A stretch of 64,000 bases of DNA from Candidatus Puniceispirillales bacterium (GTDB lineage: Bacteria; Pseudomonadota; Alphaproteobacteria; Puniceispirillales; UBA1172): contig CBFIDH010000006.1 in NCBI GenBank assembly GCA_965661405.1, positions 2,201-66,200 on the forward strand, written 5' to 3'. Both the position numbers and the translations under genes were made by a program. Position 1 is the first letter of the stretch. The number at the start of each line of letters is the position of its first letter. Positions 57,888 through 64,000 of the stretch are shown piece after piece. The notes beneath the pieces are model-generated. The model was not told the origin of the DNA. It did not search any database and saw nothing but the letters and a program-made list of their open reading frames with translations.

Positions 57888-58457
57888 AGTGACAACACTG
57901 GCTTGTGAGATGGTCATTAACATATAGGCCATCAGATGCACCGTGATCAAAAGCGCCAGCATCAAAAGCCCAGTCCAGCCACTAGCACGCAAAGCCTGTG
58001 TGCCGCCACGCCAAAACGCCCAAAGCATCCAGAACGCTACGGGCGTTAATATCATCAGCAACCCGTTGAGTTGCGCTGAATTAAACGCCAGCACCAATAC
58101 TAAAACCAGCACTTCCCTGAAATTATTGATCCAAGTCATAGTGACGATAAAGGGCGCGTAACGATGCTGAAACCCAAGCCATGCCAGCACATAATAACTG
58201 AACACCGGATATAGCATGGTGATCAAGAGAGAGACGGTGACAAATGACAACAACTGATCAAGGCTTCCCCATAAGCCAAGCATAGGTACACCAATCATCA
58301 ATGAGATCAGCCAACTGGCCCAGAGCGCATCCCATACCGCAGGAACATCTTGAGGATGATCTGCTTCTTCCCCTGCCTTCACCTGAGCAGAGGCAACACG
58401 CATACCATAAAGCAACCCGTTGAGGATTTTCGCAAAGCCGGGAGGTTTCGGGATCAT
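57882..58457 (-). CDS. hypothetical membrane protein
   Basis: 191 aa with about 5 TM helices. No family recognised. Confidence 0.5.
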   Translation of the reverse strand: MIPKPPGFAKILNGLLYGMRVASAQVKAGEEADHPQDVPAVWDALWASWLISLMIGVPMLGLWGSLDQLLSFVTVSLLITMLYPVFSYYVLAWLGFQHRYAPFIVTMTWINNFREVLVLVLVLAFNSAQLNGLLMILTPVAFWMLWAFWRGGTQALRASGWTGLLMLALLITVHLMAYMLMTISQASVVTS

Positions 58458-58460
58458 GGC

Positions 58461-59618
58461 TTAGCTATCCTGATCAAAATATTGGTTAAGAATACGGCAA
58501 TAGATATCAGTCAGCAGAGTGAGATCATCAAGGGCAACGGCTTCATCAACCTTGTGCATAGATTGGCCAACCAGACCGAATTCTATCACTTCGGTGAAAG
58601 GGGCAAAAAACCTCGCATCAGAAGTGCCGCCAGAGGTAGAAAGCTGTGGCTGTTTCCCTGTGGCATCCATGATAGCCGCCGCCACAAGATCGGTAAAACG
58701 ACCTTTGGGTGTCACGAAAGGTTCTGCCGATAACTGGAACGCGGCATCGTAATCTCCGCCGACAGTATCGAAATGTTGGCGAAGCCATGCCTCAAGTCCG
58801 GTGGCGGTTTGGGCTGTGCCAAAACGAATATTAAACCTCGCCTCTGCTCTGGCCGGGATAACATTTCCCGCGGTGTTGCCAGTATCTATGCTGGTGATTG
58901 CGACGGTCGTAGGGTCAAACACATCATTGCCTTCGTCCAGAACACCACTGGTTAAGGGGGCTAGCATCTGCATCATCCGGTGGAGGGGATTATTAGCTAA
59001 ATGCGGATAGGCGACATGGCCTTGCTCACCAGTCACGGTTAAGTGACATGATAATGACCCGCGCCGTCCATGTTTAATGGTATCACCAATTTTTTCAGGG
59101 TTCGTTGGCTCACCAACAAGAACCGCATCTGGCATTTGGTTTGTCTCGTTCAGCCATTCCACAACGGGACGCGTGCCATTAATAGCAGGGCCTTCTTCGT
59201 CACAGGTGATGACAAGGCTAATACTGCCATCAAAGGACGGATGCGTTTTATGCCAGTTGGCTATGGCGGCGGCAAAACAGGCAATAGCGCCTTTCATATC
59301 TACTGCCCCACGACCAATAATATGATCATTGATCACGGTTGCGGAAAACGGTCCGGATTGCCAGTCATCCGGATTTCCAGCAGGCACAACATCAACATGA
59401 CCAGCAAAACAGAAATGCGGTGATCCGGTGCCTAATCTGGCAAAAAGATTATCGACCTGATCGTCGCCTTCACCAAAAGGCAGTCTGGTGATAGCAAAGC
59501 CCAATTCGCCCAAAACTTCAGCCAGCAAATCCAGCGTTCCGGCTTCTGCCGGGGTCACCGATGGACACTGGATCAGTTTAATTGCCAGCTCATGTTCTGT
59601 TTGAGAGGCTTTGGTCAT
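58461..59618 (-). CDS. dapE: succinyl-diaminopimelate desuccinylase
   Basis: M20 family motifs (FAGHVDVVP, EEG) and adjacency to dapD. Confidence 0.85.
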   Translation of the reverse strand: MTKASQTEHELAIKLIQCPSVTPAEAGTLDLLAEVLGELGFAITRLPFGEGDDQVDNLFARLGTGSPHFCFAGHVDVVPAGNPDDWQSGPFSATVINDHIIGRGAVDMKGAIACFAAAIANWHKTHPSFDGSISLVITCDEEGPAINGTRPVVEWLNETNQMPDAVLVGEPTNPEKIGDTIKHGRRGSLSCHLTVTGEQGHVAYPHLANNPLHRMMQMLAPLTSGVLDEGNDVFDPTTVAITSIDTGNTAGNVIPARAEARFNIRFGTAQTATGLEAWLRQHFDTVGGDYDAAFQLSAEPFVTPKGRFTDLVAAAIMDATGKQPQLSTSGGTSDARFFAPFTEVIEFGLVGQSMHKVDEAVALDDLTLLTDIYCRILNQYFDQDS

Positions 59619-59624
59619 AAGGCG

Positions 59625-60479
59625 TTAGTCTCGCAAAAGATCATTGATTGAGGTTTTTGAACGCGTGCGTTCATCCACTTGCTTGATGATAACAGCGCAG
59701 GAAAGATGAGGGCCGGGTGAACCATCTGGCAGAGCCTTGCCCGGCATAGACCCCGGCACAATAACCGAATAAGCAGGCACTCGGCCCATGTGGACCTCTC
59801 CCGTTTCCCGATTAATGATTTTGGTTGATGCACCGATGAAAACCCCCATGGACAACACAGATCCGCGTTCTACCACGACACCTTCCACCACCTCAGACCT
59901 TGCCCCGATAAAACAGTCATCTTCAATAATAACAGGCCCGGCTTGAAGCGGCTCAAGTACGCCGCCAATTCCAGCACCTCCTGAGAGATGAACATTCTTG
60001 CCAATCTGGGCGCAAGACCCCACTGTGGCCCAAGTATCAATCATAGTGCCACTATCAACATAGGCCCCAAGATTAACAAAACTTGGCATAATAACAACGC
60101 TAGGGGCGATATGGGCGGAGTGACGCACATAGCATCCGGGGACAGCGCGAAAGCCTGCGGATTTAAATTGATCTTCACTCCAGCCAGCGAATTTTGACGG
60201 CACTTTATCCCACCACATCGCCTCACCCTGACGGGAATAAGTGGTGCCACTAGGGATGGTTTCCATGTCATTGAGCCGAAAGCTAAGCAGGACAGCTTTT
60301 TTCAGCCATTGGTTGACAGTCCATTTCCCTTGGCTTTGCTGTTCCGCTACTCTGGCGTGGCCACTATCAAGCTGATTTAACGCCTCACTAACAGCGTCAC
60401 GAATATCGCCTGTGGTGCTTGCTGACACGTCATCACGGTTTTCCCAAGCGTCATTAATAATGGTTTCAAGATCAGTCAT
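59625..60479 (-). CDS. dapD: tetrahydrodipicolinate N-succinyltransferase
   Basis: Hexapeptide-repeat beta-helix region and a DapD-type N-terminal domain. Confidence 0.9.
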   Translation of the reverse strand: MTDLETIINDAWENRDDVSASTTGDIRDAVSEALNQLDSGHARVAEQQSQGKWTVNQWLKKAVLLSFRLNDMETIPSGTTYSRQGEAMWWDKVPSKFAGWSEDQFKSAGFRAVPGCYVRHSAHIAPSVVIMPSFVNLGAYVDSGTMIDTWATVGSCAQIGKNVHLSGGAGIGGVLEPLQAGPVIIEDDCFIGARSEVVEGVVVERGSVLSMGVFIGASTKIINRETGEVHMGRVPAYSVIVPGSMPGKALPDGSPGPHLSCAVIIKQVDERTRSKTSINDLLRD

Positions 60480-60558
60480 GCGAAAGGCCCCCTTATCTGA
60501 TGATATGGTTCTGATGATATCATCCTGATGATATGGTTTTTTTTAACAGGATGGAAAA

Positions 60559-61257
60559 TCATTTGTTTGTATAAGACAAAAAATGTTTGAGGTCACGGGC
60601 AATGTAATGGATATGCGACAGATCATCTGTCCTTCCTTCGGATGGAATATCCTCATCGGGATGATCCAGCCATAAAGTCGTGATGCCAAGCTCATACGCA
60701 GGCAAGAGATTGACGGACATATCCTCAACCATCACGGCGGCATGGGGGTTGATATCGGCCTTTTTGATAAAGTCCTGATAGGTTTGCATTTCTGGCTTTG
60801 GTAAAAAATTGGCAGAAAAGATATCATAAGAAAAATCGAAATGATGCCGGATGCCATAAGCATCAAGAATGCGTTCAGCGTGATGATTGGATCCGTTGGT
60901 AAAGATAACCTTGCGGCCCGGCAAAGCGGCAATCCCCTCATCCAAGACCACATCATAGCCAAGCGTTGACAGATCAATATCATGAACAAAATCCATGAAA
61001 TGATGGGGGTCTGTGCCATGTTCCACCATCAGCCCTTTCATGGTGGTACGGTGACGAAGAAACAAATCTCTTTGCATGGCTTTGGCGGCGTCACGATCAA
61101 GGGTAAAGTGATGCTGAATATAATCAGTCATGCGATATCGCACCTGATCAAACAATCTTGAGGCGGCAGGATAGATCGTATTATCTAAATCAAATATCCA
61201 TGTGTCGATGCCGTCTAATTTCGGGGGATTGTTTTCGATATGCGCCATGATGATCAT
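60559..61257 (-). CDS. HAD-IA pyrimidine 5'-nucleotidase family protein
   Basis: WIFDLDNTIY DxDxT motif and the FTNGS motif. The start may instead be ATG 61248. Confidence 0.75.
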   Translation of the reverse strand: MIIMAHIENNPPKLDGIDTWIFDLDNTIYPAASRLFDQVRYRMTDYIQHHFTLDRDAAKAMQRDLFLRHRTTMKGLMVEHGTDPHHFMDFVHDIDLSTLGYDVVLDEGIAALPGRKVIFTNGSNHHAERILDAYGIRHHFDFSYDIFSANFLPKPEMQTYQDFIKKADINPHAAVMVEDMSVNLLPAYELGITTLWLDHPDEDIPSEGRTDDLSHIHYIARDLKHFLSYTNK

Positions 61258-61278
61258 ATACCTCTGAAATAAATATTA

Positions 61279-61305
61279 TTGGCCTTTATCAAACAAAAAG
61301 GCCAA
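61279..61305 (-). terminator. hairpin downstream of argB, weak terminator candidate
   Basis: TTGGCCTTT ... AAAGGCCAA 9-bp stem. The following minus-strand tract is only moderately T-rich. Confidence 0.35.
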
Positions 61306-61329
61306 ATCTTAAAACACCGGACTTGTGGC

Positions 61330-62235
61330 TTAGTTGTCATCTTTGGTGATGATAGTGCCGATACCATGTTCGGTAAAGAGCTCCACCAGAACGGCGTGCG
61401 CTTCTCTGCCATCCAGTATCACCGCGGCCTCTGCCCCGCCCTCAACAGCGTCAATACAAGTCTGAACTTTGGGAATCATCCCACCACTGATAGTGCCATC
61501 TTTGATCAAATCCTTTGCCTTAGGAACAGAAATTTTAGGAATGACCTGACCGTTTTTGTCCATAATTCCCGGCACATCACTCAACAGCAAGAGTCTTGTG
61601 GCCTGCATCGCCGCAGAGATTGCACCGCTTACGGTATCGGCATTGATGTTTAATGTCTCGCCTTCTTTGCCGCGTGCCAATGGGGCAATCACCGGAATCA
61701 ACTCGGCAGCGATAAGGGCATTAATCACCGAAATATCCACCAGTGACGGCTCACCAACAAAACCTAGATCAATGTCAGATTTCAGCCGGGTGGCGCGGAT
61801 TAAATCCGCATCTTTACCAGAGATGCCAACCGCTTTGGCGCCTGCGTCATTGATGGCTGATACGAGGGATTTGTTAATGGCACCACTAAGCACCATTTCA
61901 ACAACCGATACCGTGTCGGCATCGGTGACGCGCAGACCATTGATAAAATCGCTTTTGATGTTGAGTTTATCAAGCATAGCCCCGATCTGAGGGCCGCCAC
62001 CATGCACAATAACAGGTTTTGCCCCAACTTGACGCAATAGCACCATGTCTTGAGCAAAGCGGCGAATATAGCTATCTTCACCCATGGCGTGACCGCCAAA
62101 TTTTACAACAATCGGATGACCGGAATACTGCCGCATAAAAGGCAAAGCTTCTGCCAAGACACCTGCCTTAGCCAGCCATTCCATCCGATCTGTCTGGGTT
62201 ACGCTTTCCATCATCATCTTCCTCTGTTCTTTCAA
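61330..62235 (-). CDS. argB: acetylglutamate kinase
   Basis: VVKFGGHAM and VHGGGPQI motifs. Confidence 0.95.
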   Translation of the reverse strand: MKEQRKMMMESVTQTDRMEWLAKAGVLAEALPFMRQYSGHPIVVKFGGHAMGEDSYIRRFAQDMVLLRQVGAKPVIVHGGGPQIGAMLDKLNIKSDFINGLRVTDADTVSVVEMVLSGAINKSLVSAINDAGAKAVGISGKDADLIRATRLKSDIDLGFVGEPSLVDISVINALIAAELIPVIAPLARGKEGETLNINADTVSGAISAAMQATRLLLLSDVPGIMDKNGQVIPKISVPKAKDLIKDGTISGGMIPKVQTCIDAVEGGAEAAVILDGREAHAVLVELFTEHGIGTIITKDDN

Positions 62236-62280
62236 TGCCCGAAATCTGGCAAAAGGGCAACCCTTCCAGAGTCTTGCAGA

Positions 62281-62919
62281 TCAGGTTAGTGAGATAATAT
62301 GCGCCCGAATATCATCCAGTCCAATGCGTTTTTCGGCAGAACTGATAAAAATGCCGGGCCATGCCGCAACATGGCGTGCCGCTTCTTCCTCAACTTTGGT
62401 GATGATGTTTTGCTGTTCGGTGGCAGAGAGTTTATCAATTTTAGTCAAGACCACGGCCCATGCCACGGCAGATTGATCAAACAAGGTCATAATCTCGCGG
62501 TCTTTATCGCCAATACCGCGGCGACTATCAATCAATAACATGACGCGTTTAAGGGTGGCGCGACCTTTGAGAAAATTAAGCGTTAATTTTGTCCAAGCTT
62601 TAACATCACTTTTCGGGGCCTTGGCATAACCGTAACCTGGCAAATCGACCAGCTGGACAACACCGTCACAATCAAAAAAATTAAGCTGGCGTGTTCGCCC
62701 CGGCGTCTGTGAGGTTTTAGCCAGTGACTTCTGATTAGTCAGGGCATTGATCAGCGAAGACTTCCCAACATTTGACCTCCCCGCAAACGCCACTTCAGGA
62801 AGCGTGGCGTCAGGCAGTTGACTTGCCGTCATAGCGCCCGCAACAAACTGGCACGGGCGGAGAAAAAGCTTTCGCCCTTGCTCAATCAGTTCAGGATCAG
62901 CCGCCATTTCGTCTGTCAT
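62281..62919 (-). CDS. engB: ribosome biogenesis GTPase YihA/EngB
   Basis: AGRSNVGKSSLINAL G1 motif, DLPGYG G3 and TKIDK G4. Its start overlaps the yidC stop. Confidence 0.95.
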   Translation of the reverse strand: MTDEMAADPELIEQGRKLFLRPCQFVAGAMTASQLPDATLPEVAFAGRSNVGKSSLINALTNQKSLAKTSQTPGRTRQLNFFDCDGVVQLVDLPGYGYAKAPKSDVKAWTKLTLNFLKGRATLKRVMLLIDSRRGIGDKDREIMTLFDQSAVAWAVVLTKIDKLSATEQQNIITKVEEEAARHVAAWPGIFISSAEKRIGLDDIRAHIISLT

Positions 62920-64000
62920 GATTTGTTTTTGGCTAGACTCTCAAGCCTGACATTGCGCGTGATATACATCTGCTGAAGGATGGTCAGCAAATTGTTCCAA
63001 GTCCAATAGATCACCAGCCCCACCGGGAAAGTCGCCAGAAGGAAGGTGAACATCACCGGCATATAACGAAAAATCTGTGCCTGAATAGGATCAGGTGGTG
63101 GCGGGTTAAGCGACATCTGAACATACATGGTGATCCCCATGAGGATAGGCCAGATGCCAACATTAATAATATCAGGCGCAAAACCAGTGCCGTAAGGCAA
63201 CAGCCCAAACAGATTAATAATGGAGGTAGGGTCAAGCGCAGACAGGTCAGTCACCCAACCAAAAAACGGCGCGTGCCGCATCTCAATCGTCACATAAAGC
63301 ACCTTATAAAGCGCAAAGAAGACAGGAATCTGAAGCAGAATAGGCAAGCACCCTGCGGCAGGGTTGACCTTTTCCTTGCGGTAAAGGCCCATCATTTCTT
63401 GTTGCTGGCGCTGGCGATCATCACCAAAGCGTTCACGCAGTTCTTTTACCTTTGGCGCCAATTCGCGCATCTTTGCCATAGACCGATAGGATTTATTGGC
63501 GAGGGGAAAGAAGATCATCTTAATGCCAATGGTCATAATAAGAATAGCGATACCAAAATTGCTGACATACTGGTTCAGCCAGACGAGAACAATCAGCATC
63601 GGTTTAGCGATAACTTCAAACCAGCCCCAATCAATCGCGCTGGTCAGGCGTGGAATATTCTGATTGTCCTGATAATCATTAAGCACGGTGTATTTTTTCG
63701 GGCCTGCAAAAATATCAACGCTCCAGCTCATGCTTTCACCGGCGGCAAGTTCTATTGGCCTTTGGCTACTTGATATCTCTGTCGGGCGCCCATCACCTTC
63801 GAATTTATTGCCAGTCCTGATCTGATCAATTTCTGCCAAAGTCGCCTCATCAAGTTGAAGCCTGATCGTTTCAAAATCAGGGGCAGGAACAGGCCGCATT
63901 AAAAACTCGCTATTGGTATTTTCAGCAGGAATAATAGCGGCTAGCCAGTCCTTATCAGAGATAGCCACCCATGATCGTAACCCATCTTCTACACAGAAGC
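62916..64000 (-). CDS. yidC: membrane protein insertase YidC, N-terminus beyond window edge
   Basis: C-terminal 60-kDa insertase core (MAKMRELAPKVKELRERF, GCLPILLQIPVFFALY). The frame stays open upstream of the listed GTG to base 64000. Confidence 0.9.
   Translation of the reverse strand, partial: FCVEDGLRSWVAISDKDWLAAIIPAENTNSEFLMRPVPAPDFETIRLQLDEATLAEIDQIRTGNKFEGDGRPTEISSSQRPIELAAGESMSWSVDIFAGPKKYTVLNDYQDNQNIPRLTSAIDWGWFEVIAKPMLIVLVWLNQYVSNFGIAILIMTIGIKMIFFPLANKSYRSMAKMRELAPKVKELRERFGDDRQRQQQEMMGLYRKEKVNPAAGCLPILLQIPVFFALYKVLYVTIEMRHAPFFGWVTDLSALDPTSIINLFGLLPYGTGFAPDIINVGIWPILMGITMYVQMSLNPPPPDPIQAQIFRYMPVMFTFLLATFPVGLVIYWTWNNLLTILQQMYITRNVRLESLAKNKS

Overview
This 64 kb window looks like core chromosome of an alphaproteobacterium. 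That is an inference from gene content: split pntAA/pntAB/pntB, rpsU divergent from a COQ9-family gene, DUF1013, a hemC-hemD-Mic60-like-hemY cluster, ffs-dnaX-ybaB-recR, def-fmt-truA, dapD-dapE and yidC-engB-argB. I call about 75 protein-coding genes, tRNA-Thr(CGU), RNase P RNA, SRP (4.5S) RNA, a few promoters and terminators, and more than a dozen short tandem duplications. I saw no CRISPR array, transposase, integrase, or recognisable phage or defence gene, and I cannot name a clear novel multi-gene system here. Six things stand out. (1) A 709-aa ORF is an in-frame fusion of the N-terminal two thirds of RsmH with the C-terminal ~490 aa of an M3 oligoendopeptidase F, so the dcw cluster stops after mraZ-rsmH'. 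(2) A ~2.8 kb AT-rich islet (about 5.39-8.23 kb) carries five orphan genes; one resembles ribosome recycling factor by eye, and two form a wHTH plus membrane-protein pair. (3) Two genes are interrupted by in-frame stops: an FkbM methyltransferase and an ABC1/UbiB-family kinase. (4) There are many 10-17 bp tandem duplications; their period is a multiple of 3 inside genes and any length outside, and they often sit at gene 3' ends, including the tRNA-Thr CCA end. (5) A textbook CueR-type 19-bp-spacer promoter drives a DUF4396 membrane protein. (6) A helically phased CCCAT (ATGGG) repeat array lies in front of mraZ. All family assignments come from reading the translations by eye (motif recall), not from database searches. 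Start codons are provisional, and statements about base composition are visual, not computed.
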